From a virus (lineage: Duplodnaviria; Caudoviricetes): 58,381 nucleotides of DNA. The translations under genes and the position numbers were made by a program. This document shows, piece after piece, positions 1-8,026 of this stretch. The stretch is from the IMG/VR virus record IMGVR_UViG_3300025390_000009, positions 1 to 58,381 of that record. One strand, written 5' to 3'. The notes under the pieces are model-generated. The model was not told where the DNA came from. It did no database searches and saw only the letters and a program-made list of their open reading frames with translations. Numbering within the stretch: position 1 is the first letter of the stretch; every line of letters starts with the position of its first letter.

Positions 1-127
1 GAGGAAATAGGCGACTTTACACACCGCATGGTTTTGTGTTGTCAGGTTCACCCAAGTTCGGCAGACATCAATGTTCTTGGACTTAAGTTTATTGTTGAGG
101 ACATACTAAGAAAGGCACAAGAGAAAT
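1..127 (+). repeat. 127-bp exact direct repeat of 56449-56575 (3' end of a cassette ORF, EEIGDF...ILRKAQEK)
   Basis: Base-by-base identity; the copies diverge at 128 (g) versus 56576 (a). Confidence 0.93.
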
Positions 128-353
128 GACATATATATTTGCACAACCTTATAAATGCCCAACTTGTAAAACAATTACAGAATGGAGTCCGCATATTGAG
201 CAAACAATACCAACAACATCTAAAGGAAAACCAATTTGCCCTGTTTGTTGGGATAAGTTTTTATCTACTTTAAATGCGGAAATAGAATGTACTGTTGATT
301 TTGGAAACGGAAGTAACTATGAAAATAGATATGGAAAGGCACAAGAGAAATGA
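126..353 (+). CDS. Cassette protein, putative Zn ribbon
   Basis: CPTC and CPVC motifs; starts and ends in junction repeats; ends KAQEK. Confidence 0.8.
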   Translation: MTYIFAQPYKCPTCKTITEWSPHIEQTIPTTSKGKPICPVCWDKFLSTLNAEIECTVDFGNGSNYENRYGKAQEK

Positions 354-625
354 AAAATGAACCAGTAGGACATTTTTACCCCGAAGGTGAAGGTGTAACA
401 ATCTACGACATTAAGTTTGCGTGGAAAGTTACAGGAACAACAGAGCCTATCCCCCTCTATACCCATCCAGCAAATGAATTAGCTGAAGATTTAGAAGGAG
501 CTAAGTTAGTAATTTTAAGACTACAAGCTGAAATAGAAGCGTTGAAAGCAGAAAAAATTAGGGCTTATGACAATGGATATGAAGATGGTAGAAAGCCTAA
601 TACAAATAAGGAACAAGAGAAATGA
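350..625 (+). CDS. Cassette protein, mosaic (EPV, IPLYTHP, ANELAE, LQAEIEALK blocks)
   Basis: ORF track; bounded by repeats. Confidence 0.8.
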   Translation: MKNEPVGHFYPEGEGVTIYDIKFAWKVTGTTEPIPLYTHPANELAEDLEGAKLVILRLQAEIEALKAEKIRAYDNGYEDGRKPNTNKEQEK

Positions 626-888
626 ACAATGAACCAATAGCGTGGATGTGTAAAGATGATGATGTTATTACAGATAAATTTAAGAAATCAGGTAAAGGTG
701 GTGATTGTTCTGATTACAACATTCCACTCTACACCCATCCAGCAAAGACACTAACAGATGAGGAAAAGATAAAGTTAATTGGGACTTTAAAGTGGGCAGA
801 AGATTTATTGCGTTCATCATGTAACGATGAGGCGGTAAATGATGTGCAAGATTGCCTAATGATACTAAGAAAGGCACAAGAGAAATGA
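622..888 (+). CDS. Cassette protein, mosaic (EPIAW, IPLYTHP, LTDEE, ILRKAQEK); paralogue of 56197-56577
   Basis: First ~125 nt are nearly identical to those from 56197. Confidence 0.85.
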   Translation: MNNEPIAWMCKDDDVITDKFKKSGKGGDCSDYNIPLYTHPAKTLTDEEKIKLIGTLKWAEDLLRSSCNDEAVNDVQDCLMILRKAQEK

Positions 889-1196
889 ACGTACAAAGGT
901 TAATAGAAACATACAACACCTATGAAGAACCACAAGACTGGGCAGAACAAGCTAAAGAGGCGTTGGGGCAATTACAAAATGCTTTAGAACAAGAAACCAC
1001 CATGCTACGCCAGCAACAAGCTGAAATTGAAGGGTGGAAAGAAAGAGTTTCAATTGCATATTGGCACGATACTTTTGTAGAAGTAAAAAAGCCTAACAGC
1101 GATTTAATTTATCGCTTTAGATTAGATGATGTTTGTAAGCATGGAGTAGATGATGGTGCTTGTAAAGAATGTTATGCGGAGGCACAAGAGAAATGA
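885..1196 (+). CDS. Cassette protein (MNVQRLIET...), paralogue of 55806-56012, with a Cys-containing C-terminus
   Basis: Start reassigned to the ATG inside the repeat at 885; contains the TMLRQQQAEIE block. Confidence 0.85.
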   Translation: MNVQRLIETYNTYEEPQDWAEQAKEALGQLQNALEQETTMLRQQQAEIEGWKERVSIAYWHDTFVEVKKPNSDLIYRFRLDDVCKHGVDDGACKECYAEAQEK

Positions 1197-1267
1197 TTAC
1201 TTTAGCGGTTTGGTTTATTTTATCTTTTTGTTTTGGGTACTTACTAAGAAAGGCGCAAGGGAAATGA
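1193..1267 (+). CDS. 24-aa hydrophobic cassette micropeptide MITLAVWFILSFCFGYLLRKAQGK
   Basis: Translated by hand; fills the gap between two repeats exactly and in frame. Confidence 0.7.
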   Translation: MITLAVWFILSFCFGYLLRKAQGK

Positions 1268-1422
1268 AATTAACTACTGAAGAAATACACAATATTTATT
1301 TACATCAAGGCGGTATAGCGGAAGGTTTATTAAGAGCAGGTTCTGATGCAGACTTTCCTGTAATGTTTGCAGAGGCAATCATAGAATTTTATGAAGGTAA
1401 AAGAAAGGCACAAGAGAAATGA
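1264..1422 (+). CDS. Cassette protein (MKLTTEEI...KRKAQEK)
   Basis: Start reassigned to the ATG in the repeat at 1264; LTTEEI variant block. Confidence 0.8.
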   Translation: MKLTTEEIHNIYLHQGGIAEGLLRAGSDADFPVMFAEAIIEFYEGKRKAQEK

Positions 1423-1508
1423 ACTTTATAAACTGGGTATTTGATGGCAGTTTTAAATGGTGGTTACTTGGTGCAGTTATTGTTTATATCATTGCTAGAT
1501 TTAGTTAA
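1419..1508 (+). CDS. 29-aa hydrophobic cassette micropeptide MNFINWVFDGSFKWWLLGAVIVYIIARFS
   Basis: Translated by hand from the repeat ATG; one TM-like stretch; stops just before the next repeat. Confidence 0.65.
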   Translation: MNFINWVFDGSFKWWLLGAVIVYIIARFS

Positions 1509-1524
1509 GAAAGGCACAAGAGAA

Positions 1525-1728
1525 ATGAGCCTAACTGAAATGCGTGAAGATTTATGCACCCAAAAACGAGTTAGTAGGTCAAGAGTTACCTACGATATTA
1601 ACTATGACCAAGAAGTTATTTACGTTCAAGAAGGTTGGAATGATGGTCAAACTACAGTTTGGGATAACGAAATGGATATTGTGTTAATAGATGCTATGAC
1701 CAAACAAAGAAAGGCACAAGAGAAATGA
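1525..1728 (+). CDS. Cassette protein (MSLTEMRED...QRKAQEK)
   Basis: Start reassigned to the repeat ATG at 1525. Confidence 0.8.
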   Translation: MSLTEMREDLCTQKRVSRSRVTYDINYDQEVIYVQEGWNDGQTTVWDNEMDIVLIDAMTKQRKAQEK

Positions 1729-2681
1729 GCCAATCAATCATTCCTACCCACACTCTTGACCGCAAGGTCATCAGGTGGGAGGATCATCTAAGAGACTTAA
1801 CTCCCGTAGAGAACCACAAAGGCATGTGGTTCAAGCGGGAGGACTACTTCAATACGCTCGGTTACGGTGGACCGAACGGGAGTAAGTTGCGCCAGTTAAT
1901 TTATTACATGACAAAGAACCGAAAAGGTAAGACGCACGTACTCACTGGTGCGTCAATTCAAAGTCCGCAACTTTCAATGTCCGCTATTGTGGGCGCGCAC
2001 CTTGGTTTACCTTCCCGCATGGTTGTTTATTCAAAACCTGATACCGTACTGCGGCATGACAACCCGCGTATTGCGGGCGGCTTCGGGACTCACTTTGAGT
2101 ATGCCGCCGCGCCGTATAACCCAGTGTTGCAGCGCATGGTTGGTGACTTGACCCGCCCTGACTCCCTAGTAGTCAACTATGGTATTACTGTTGACCATGA
2201 AAAGCATCCTGAGGAACTTTATGGCTTTCATGACGTCGGGGCTAATCAGACGAGGAACATTCCCGCTGAGGTCAAGACTTTGATTGTGCCCGCTGGCTCA
2301 TGCAATTCCCTCTGCAGTATACTACTCGGGCTTTCAAAGGATGCGCACAACATTGAAACTTTGTTTACCGTAGGTATTGGACCCAGTAAAGCCCAATGGA
2401 TTCGGGAACGCGCAGAGATTATGGGTATCAATCTTGATGCTTTACCGTTTAGATGGAAGCATTTTTCCTTACATGACACTGGCTACTCAAAGTATACTGA
2501 CAAATTTAACGGCGAGACCTATGACGGTATAGACTTTCATCCTACGTACGAGGCAAAAGTATGGCGCTATTTAAACCAGCAGGGAATGGATTTTGATGAC
2601 AGCGCACTCTTTTGGATTATAGGGTCGGAGCCGAAGTTAAGCGTAATTACACCTCATTTTACGCATCCTTTTTCTAACTAA
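1725..2681 (+). CDS. PLP-dependent enzyme (fold type II, ACC-deaminase-like); probable decarboxylase for hypermodified thymidine
   Basis: KREDY...GGPNGSKLRQ (PLP lysine), VPAGSCNS, GIDFHPTYEAK; co-occurs with 5-hmdU hypermodification genes. Confidence 0.8.
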   Translation: MSQSIIPTHTLDRKVIRWEDHLRDLTPVENHKGMWFKREDYFNTLGYGGPNGSKLRQLIYYMTKNRKGKTHVLTGASIQSPQLSMSAIVGAHLGLPSRMVVYSKPDTVLRHDNPRIAGGFGTHFEYAAAPYNPVLQRMVGDLTRPDSLVVNYGITVDHEKHPEELYGFHDVGANQTRNIPAEVKTLIVPAGSCNSLCSILLGLSKDAHNIETLFTVGIGPSKAQWIRERAEIMGINLDALPFRWKHFSLHDTGYSKYTDKFNGETYDGIDFHPTYEAKVWRYLNQQGMDFDDSALFWIIGSEPKLSVITPHFTHPFSN

Positions 2682-2704
2682 GGGTTTTCACTCAAAAATA
2701 ATTG

Positions 2705-2733
2705 TTGCCTTTTGTAAATTTCTACGCTATAGT
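2705..2733 (+). promoter_or_regulatory. Sigma70-like promoter
   Basis: TTGCCT-17 nt-TATAGT, intergenic, upstream of a strong RBS. Confidence 0.6.
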
Positions 2734-2788
2734 TTTTTACATAGCTTCACAGGATAGTAAATTAATAACCCAAATAAAGGAAATACAA

Positions 2789-3388
2789 ATGACTTCACGT
2801 TTATTCCACATTGGTCCTGAAATTGAAAATCCAGTTGCTTATGGAGAGGCAATTTCTAGAAATATTATTACCAACGCTAAAAAGACTTTCAGCCGTAATT
2901 ATCCTGACTATGCTGAAATTGAAGCGTTCTTGTCTCAAGGTTATGAGATTGATGCTCACGAGCGTAAGATTTATAAAGACGGCTTTGTTGGTTCAGTTGC
3001 CTCTGCGTATGACACATACGGTAAATTAACCGAGAAGCAAGTGGCAGCAGTTCGTAAGTGCATCATCCAGCGCGATGCCCGCAAGGCAGAGTGGGCTGAT
3101 AAGCAGGCAGCTATCGACGCTGCTCGTGAGTATGTTGGCATCATCGGTGATAAAATTGTTTTAACTTTGGTCTTGAAGAAAGTAATCAACATTGATACTA
3201 ACTTCGGTCCAATCGGTATCTTTATTTTTGAAGACGCCAACAAAAACGTAATCATTTACAAAGGTGGTTGCGATGCAGTATGGAACCTTGCAGAGGGTGA
3301 AACAGTAACTCTCAAGGCGACAGTGAAGGAGCATGGTACTCGTAATGGTGTAAAACAAACTTTGATTCAAAGACCAAAAGCAGTTTAA
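2789..3388 (+). CDS. Early protein with probable C-terminal OB-fold
   Basis: Start placed after the AATAAAGGAAATA RBS; beta-rich C-terminus ending KATVKEH...GVKQTLIQRP. Confidence 0.65.
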   Translation: MTSRLFHIGPEIENPVAYGEAISRNIITNAKKTFSRNYPDYAEIEAFLSQGYEIDAHERKIYKDGFVGSVASAYDTYGKLTEKQVAAVRKCIIQRDARKAEWADKQAAIDAAREYVGIIGDKIVLTLVLKKVINIDTNFGPIGIFIFEDANKNVIIYKGGCDAVWNLAEGETVTLKATVKEHGTRNGVKQTLIQRPKAV

Positions 3389-3411
3389 TAACTCAAATAA
3401 AGGAAATACAA

Positions 3412-3726
3412 ATGAACCATATCTCTACCAAATTAGTTAATCAAGCACTCAGCCAATCTGCTCAGATGCAGGATCTTGACCGCCTTGGCTTATTGCAGGC
3501 TCAGGCAGCTGAACTCAATGAACAGATTGAGCAGCTCAAAGACGTATTCAAGAACGCTGGTGAGGGCACTTATGAGGGTGACCTTTATAAAGCTACGGTG
3601 ACCCTGTCTCAGCGTTCTACGTATGATTATAAACAGATGGTTGCTGACCTCGGTATTACTACTGAGCAATTGCAAAAGTATTACAAGTCCACTGCTTCAA
3701 TCGCCATTCGTGTAACCGCTAGATAA
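3412..3726 (+). CDS. Hypothetical phage protein (coiled-coil N-terminus)
   Basis: ORF with strong RBS. Confidence 0.75.
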   Translation: MNHISTKLVNQALSQSAQMQDLDRLGLLQAQAAELNEQIEQLKDVFKNAGEGTYEGDLYKATVTLSQRSTYDYKQMVADLGITTEQLQKYYKSTASIAIRVTAR

Positions 3727-3734
3727 GAAAGGAT

Positions 3735-3748
3735 GCCCCTTCGGGGGC
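3735..3748 (+). terminator. GC hairpin GCCCC-TTCG-GGGGC (terminator or RNA-stability hairpin)
   Basis: Perfect stem with UUCG tetraloop after a stop codon; no U-tract. Confidence 0.4.
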
Positions 3749-3753
3749 ACATT

Positions 3754-3939
3754 ATGAAATACGCAGGTCAAGGTAAAAAAGAATACATCGTAATCAAGTT
3801 TGATGACTATCTCAACGACTGGAGAGCCTTTACAAAGCCAGTTACTATTAATCAGGCGGCTTGGATCATTCGTGACGCGCCCGCCCTCAAGTTGGACGTA
3901 GTGCGCATCAAAAGTTGGAACGGAGAAATCCCCGCGTGA
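3754..3939 (+). CDS. Hypothetical protein
   Basis: ORF track; start probably MKYAGQ, after the hairpin. Confidence 0.6.
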   Translation: MKYAGQGKKEYIVIKFDDYLNDWRAFTKPVTINQAAWIIRDAPALKLDVVRIKSWNGEIPA

Positions 3940-3947
3940 AATTAATC

Positions 3948-3976
3948 TTTACACTTTTATTTTTTCCAGCTATACT
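3948..3976 (+). promoter_or_regulatory. Sigma70-like promoter
   Basis: TTTACA-17 nt-TATACT in an intergenic gap. Confidence 0.65.
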
Positions 3977-4051
3977 TTGGTTTTACGCAGTCGTATTTAT
4001 CAGCATCCCGTCTTACGTTTTATTTTTGATAACTAAATAAAGGAAATAACA

Positions 4052-4273
4052 ATGGCTAAAGCATCTAACTTTTTAATGTCTATGTATTGCGGTGATACGT
4101 TGCTAGACGTATACGGCTACGTTGACAAAGATGAACCCAGCGTAGGTCACGTAGGCGGAATTGATATTGAAGACGTCTGCATCGCTGACACAGAAATCAG
4201 CGTATGGGAAATGATTCATGCGCTAGACTTTGACAAATTTGATAAACAAGCTCAAGAATCTTGGAGGGGATAA
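4052..4273 (+). CDS. Hypothetical acidic protein
   Basis: ORF with strong RBS. Confidence 0.75.
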   Translation: MAKASNFLMSMYCGDTLLDVYGYVDKDEPSVGHVGGIDIEDVCIADTEISVWEMIHALDFDKFDKQAQESWRG

Positions 4274-4275
4274 AC

Positions 4276-4530
4276 ATGAAAGCGTTTCCAAGCAAACAAC
4301 AAGCCGAATTAGAATATTTAGGAATTGTTGATGGTGAACCAAAATTTGTAGAAACAGAATTAGGCAAAGAAAATTTAGGCATGGATTTGCGTGACTACTT
4401 TGCGGCTAAAGCTATGCAAGCATTTATCGTAAAAGGAATTACTCCAGCAGAAGGATTAAATCGAAAACAAGCTATTGTTAGTATGGCTTATGAAACTGCT
4501 GACGCAATGATGAAAGTGAGAGAAGAATGA
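4276..4530 (+). CDS. Conserved phage protein of the GMxLRDYFAAKAMQ family
   Basis: GMDLRDYFAAKAMQ...AYETADAM motif. Confidence 0.8.
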   Translation: MKAFPSKQQAELEYLGIVDGEPKFVETELGKENLGMDLRDYFAAKAMQAFIVKGITPAEGLNRKQAIVSMAYETADAMMKVREE

Positions 4531-4790
4531 AAAAGATGACTTTAGAAAGATTAGCGGACTTTAAGAACTATATTCCTAAGCCGCATCCTATGCAGCATCG
4601 CATTGACGAGTTCCGCTCTATTCCTTCGTTGTATAGATTGCAGGTGGCAGACTTTAAGATTAAGCTAGAAGGCGAATATGATCCTGACGTTGAGGACCTA
4701 GATGAATATGAAGAACCCGTATCAAAAGTAGAAGAGGAAGTAGAACCAGACCGCGACTTAATCATGGAGAAAATATATGACAAACTCTAA
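4527..4790 (+). CDS. Hypothetical protein with acidic C-terminus
   Basis: ORF track; ATGA overlap with the previous gene. Confidence 0.65.
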   Translation: MKKMTLERLADFKNYIPKPHPMQHRIDEFRSIPSLYRLQVADFKIKLEGEYDPDVEDLDEYEEPVSKVEEEVEPDRDLIMEKIYDKL

Positions 4791-4975
4791 ATGGGAATGG
4801 ATTGGCGTCATCATCCTCGGCATAATACTAGGTTGCATGTTCGGCTGGGGGTTTTGATGCGAAACAAATATCTTGACCTGCCGAGTAAGTGGCAGGTGAT
4901 TGGCGCGATTTGCATAGGTATTGTGGGCTTGAGTTTTATTTACGTTGTGTTTAAAATTACTATAGGAATAATATT

Positions 4976-5194
4976 ATGTCTGATAAGTCTATTATGAATT
5001 GGGAACAGTCTTATGACGATTGGGTCAAGCTACTTGAACGAGCCGATGCAAAAGATATGCTCAATGACCCAAAAGCCTGTTTTGATGAAGGATGGCGTCA
5101 AGCAGCTATGATCGCCGCTTCAATCGTGCAACATAATCAACACGCAACACCACTTGAAATCGCAGTATTTATTGAGCGAAAATTATTAAGATGA
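4976..5194 (+). CDS. Hypothetical protein
   Basis: ORF track; RBS present. Confidence 0.65.
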   Translation: MSDKSIMNWEQSYDDWVKLLERADAKDMLNDPKACFDEGWRQAAMIAASIVQHNQHATPLEIAVFIERKLLR

Positions 5195-5247
5195 ACTATC
5201 AAAAAATCTACACTTATTTAATTATCAATAAAATTTAGGAGAATTAC

Positions 5248-5514
5248 ATGTCAGAACAATCTGATTTTCAGAAAAGTTTCTTTGCTAAAGGTACTGGAGG
5301 AACGCTTTTTACGCAACGCGAGTTTGATGACGCACTAGCCGAAGCAAAAGCTGAACTCATTGTTCATGCAATCGAGGCTACAAAATACGCCGTAGTTATT
5401 GAGCGTGAAGAGTGCGCAAAGATTTGTGATAAGTGGTCTATTGACCTCATGGACGGTAACTTCAACACTGTTGCTGAGGAGATCCGTAACCGCATACCGA
5501 GCCAACATATCTAG
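5248..5514 (+). CDS. Hypothetical phage protein (EREECAKIC motif)
   Basis: EREECAKIC...AEEIRNR, a common phage motif. Confidence 0.7.
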   Translation: MSEQSDFQKSFFAKGTGGTLFTQREFDDALAEAKAELIVHAIEATKYAVVIEREECAKICDKWSIDLMDGNFNTVAEEIRNRIPSQHI

Positions 5515-5522
5515 GAGCAGCT

Positions 5523-5768
5523 ATGAAGCTAAAACCAGAATCAATTCGTAGGCGTATGGACTTTAATGATTTAATGGATAAATACGCGCTACGAATTCAA
5601 TTGAAGGTGGACCAGAAATTTGAAGACAGGAATCCAGAAGAAATACCGATTGCCGCATGGGTTTATGTTTTTAGTGATAGGGACGTGGAGAACTTTATGG
5701 ATCATATTGTAGAGTTTACTTACGATGAAACTTTCAAAATGATAAAGAGAAACGTAGAGGCATTATGA
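5523..5768 (+). CDS. Hypothetical protein
   Basis: ORF track; AGGAG RBS. Confidence 0.65.
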   Translation: MKLKPESIRRRMDFNDLMDKYALRIQLKVDQKFEDRNPEEIPIAAWVYVFSDRDVENFMDHIVEFTYDETFKMIKRNVEAL

Positions 5769-6049
5769 AGAACTTTTTATTTATGATAATCTTTTTTACG
5801 ATTGGTTATCTCTCAGGTAATTCAAGCTGCTACGCTCAGAACAATGTTCAAGGAGCGATGCAGTATCTGAATCAGTTCGGTCAGCCAGTGGGTTCAGTTA
5901 TGCCTATCGGTAACTCTCAGGTCGTTCTGAACCAGTATGGGCAACCCGTTGGATTTATTATTTTCAGCGTGCCTATGCCTGCTCCGTTACCTATGCCTAC
6001 CGCTTTACCCACTTTACCTTTAATGCCAGTCCTAGGAGCTATTAAATGA
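5765..6049 (+). CDS. Putative exported or membrane protein with internal repeat and Pro-rich tail
   Basis: Signal-like N-terminus; LNQ(F/Y)GQPVG occurs twice. Confidence 0.65.
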   Translation: MKNFLFMIIFFTIGYLSGNSSCYAQNNVQGAMQYLNQFGQPVGSVMPIGNSQVVLNQYGQPVGFIIFSVPMPAPLPMPTALPTLPLMPVLGAIK

Positions 6050-6597
6050 TTTACTTAATTTATATTCTACTCGTGCCGATTAGCCTAGTGCTAACTTTAA
6101 TTGCCTACGTAATTGCACCAATCCTACCTGTATTTGCAGTTCAAATGGACGGATGGTTACTCAATCATTCAGTCTGGGGAATTGGTCCGCGCCTGCCTAC
6201 TTGGCTCAATTGGTTTATGACTCCTGACAACAGTCTTGACGGAGACCAGACGTTTCAAGAGATCAATGGTCGTAGTTATTGGTCTAAAGTAAAGTGGCTC
6301 TGGCGTAATCCCGCATATTCTTTTGCGCTGCGTTATGTAAACACTCCGTACTACACAAAGGTTCGCGGCGATAAAACAATCAAGGACAATGACAATGCAA
6401 AAGAAGGTTGGTGCCTCGTTAACGCGAACGGACTATTTCAATTTCGTTATGTTAAGCGTATTGGTTCTACCTCTCGCTGTATTTATGTTAATTTTGGCTG
6501 GAATGTTATGGGTCTTGTGGATGATAATATGCCTATCAAACCTGATAGCTGGCAAGCAACATTTGTGTTCTCACCTAGGATTTCAGGATTCAGATGA
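6046..6597 (+). CDS. Conserved phage membrane-anchored protein
   Basis: N-terminal TM segment; WFMTPDNSLDGD and WLWRNPAY motifs. Confidence 0.75.
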   Translation: MIYLIYILLVPISLVLTLIAYVIAPILPVFAVQMDGWLLNHSVWGIGPRLPTWLNWFMTPDNSLDGDQTFQEINGRSYWSKVKWLWRNPAYSFALRYVNTPYYTKVRGDKTIKDNDNAKEGWCLVNANGLFQFRYVKRIGSTSRCIYVNFGWNVMGLVDDNMPIKPDSWQATFVFSPRISGFR

Positions 6598-6664
6598 TAC
6601 AGCCGATTAGACCAGTATCTCCTATTTACCCTACGCATAATAAACAGCCGCCTAAGGATAGAAA

Positions 6665-6838
6665 ATGAGTGACAATCACGGAAGAAAAAGCGACAATCCG
6701 CGCCCATTCAGTATTGACTTAGAGAAGTTTGATAAGCAATTTGAATCTATATTTGGTAAAAAAGAAGTTCGTAAGTACTGCACAACTTGCGGTAAGTCTG
6801 ACAGTTGGTGCACCTGCAAAAAGGAAAATCATGACTGA
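6665..6838 (+). CDS. 57-aa protein with CTTC...CTC (Zn-binding?)
   Basis: Translated by hand (MSDNHGRK...KENHD); not in the ORF track. Confidence 0.6.
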   Translation: MSDNHGRKSDNPRPFSIDLEKFDKQFESIFGKKEVRKYCTTCGKSDSWCTCKKENHD

Positions 6839-7826
6839 TTACCGCCTACCTGAGAACCGCCTTGAATACTTTAAGGCGTTGTACGCTATGAACCTTGATT
6901 ACAAAGCACATCCAGGATTGGTGTATCTCTACATGCCTGCGCTCAAAAAGTATTATGGCTGGACGGATGAGCAGGCTCTTTGGTTTGCAACTATTAATGG
7001 GCACACTCAAAACCCAATTACTAGTTTAAAGATCATGGAGTTTATTCCTGAGATTCCTGAAAGTGATGTTGAGTGGAGAGCCGCGCATGCTCGCTTTAAC
7101 AATGATTGGACTACTTTGAGTTTTGATTCTGATCGTAATAAGCAGAAGAAAGACACAATGAAAGGTCTCTATTCATATGCGCAACTCGTCAAGCAGCATG
7201 GCTCTCAAGTCAAGCTCTGGAGCGATGCTAACTATGAATCGCTATGGGCTAAGGCTAATAGCATTGTCAGCTTTGGACGACTGTCTACTTTCTCTTATCT
7301 TGAGTACATAAAAATTAACGGATACGGCTCTGATTGCACTACTTTGATGTTTAATGACTTTGACGGCTCGCGCTCTCATCGTAACGGCATGCTGTTTTTA
7401 CTCGGAGCAGATGAGTATGTATTTGATAAGCGTCAGCCTAATTCACATTCAGGTAAGTATGATGCATTTGAAGATATGTGCGCACACTTAGAAAAAGAAG
7501 CAAGTTCAATATTGAGCAGCCTGCCTAAGCATAAAGACCTAGGACGCTTTACTTTTGAGTCTTGCCTATGCCAATTCAAGAATGGATTCTTCAGCCGTCG
7601 GTACCCAGGAGTATATGCAGATCTTGGCTTTCAAAGAATAGAATGGTATGATAAAAGAAATCTGAGTCAATATACTGAACCTTTTAAAGAAATAAGGGAA
7701 AATTATTTACCTGAATGGTTGAGAGAAGAGTGTGAAAAAGATAGAATACCGTTTAAAATAAAGGCTGAGATGTTTGCTAAAACAGGCGTGCCATTCCGCG
7801 CTGAACATATACTGGAAAACAAATGA
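6831..7826 (+). CDS. Amino acid:DNA transferase (aGPT-Pplase2 / AADT family)
   Basis: YRLPENR...HPGLVY...WFATINGHTQNP, FGRLSTFSYLE, SHRNG and FESCLCQFK motifs; start after AAGGAAA. Confidence 0.8.
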   Translation: MTDYRLPENRLEYFKALYAMNLDYKAHPGLVYLYMPALKKYYGWTDEQALWFATINGHTQNPITSLKIMEFIPEIPESDVEWRAAHARFNNDWTTLSFDSDRNKQKKDTMKGLYSYAQLVKQHGSQVKLWSDANYESLWAKANSIVSFGRLSTFSYLEYIKINGYGSDCTTLMFNDFDGSRSHRNGMLFLLGADEYVFDKRQPNSHSGKYDAFEDMCAHLEKEASSILSSLPKHKDLGRFTFESCLCQFKNGFFSRRYPGVYADLGFQRIEWYDKRNLSQYTEPFKEIRENYLPEWLREECEKDRIPFKIKAEMFAKTGVPFRAEHILENK

Positions 7827-8026
7827 AATCAAATAAAAAGAATATCAGTCAACAATCATTAGAATCCTTAGTGATTGCCCTCATGCAATGTAAAGATGAA
7901 GACGGATTATTGCTTAACATTAGTCCCGCTACAGCTTTTCAAGATTGGCTCTTAAATGAATATCCTGAAACAATACGTAACATGTGGAAAAGACAACACG
8001 CATTTGAAGTGCCCGCAAAATATTGA
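7823..8026 (+). CDS. Hypothetical protein
   Basis: ORF track; ATGA overlap. Confidence 0.6.
   Translation: MKSNKKNISQQSLESLVIALMQCKDEDGLLLNISPATAFQDWLLNEYPETIRNMWKRQHAFEVPAKY

Larger units (their letters stand above)
111..1728 (+). repeat. Left part of cassette array: 9 copies of 19-bp junction repeat AAAGGCACAAGAGAAATGA
   Basis: Copies at 111, 335, 607 (variant), 870, 1178 (variant), 1249 (variant), 1404, 1510 and 1710. Each ends in ATGA, a start codon overlapping a TGA. Confidence 0.95.

Noticed and set aside
852-1524. ORF-track starts at 852, 1150 and 1441 (also 55369)
   Set aside because: These are upstream extensions; the first three read the repeat in another frame (KG(T/A)REM). The repeat-embedded or stop-overlapping ATGs give coupled starts matching paralogues.
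111-1728. CRISPR array (repeats plus a Cas4-like gene elsewhere)
   Set aside because: Inter-repeat distances range from about 50 to 700 nt and are protein-coding; the repeat is 19 bp and non-palindromic; no cas1 or cas2.
4791-4997. 68-aa ORF as given in the track
   Set aside because: The start abuts the previous stop without an RBS; a shorter membrane peptide from 4857 is possible but I could not support a confident call.
6729-6830. N-terminal extension of the AADT gene
   Set aside because: It uses a TTG start without RBS and overlaps a better 57-aa ORF; the ATG at 6831 has an RBS.
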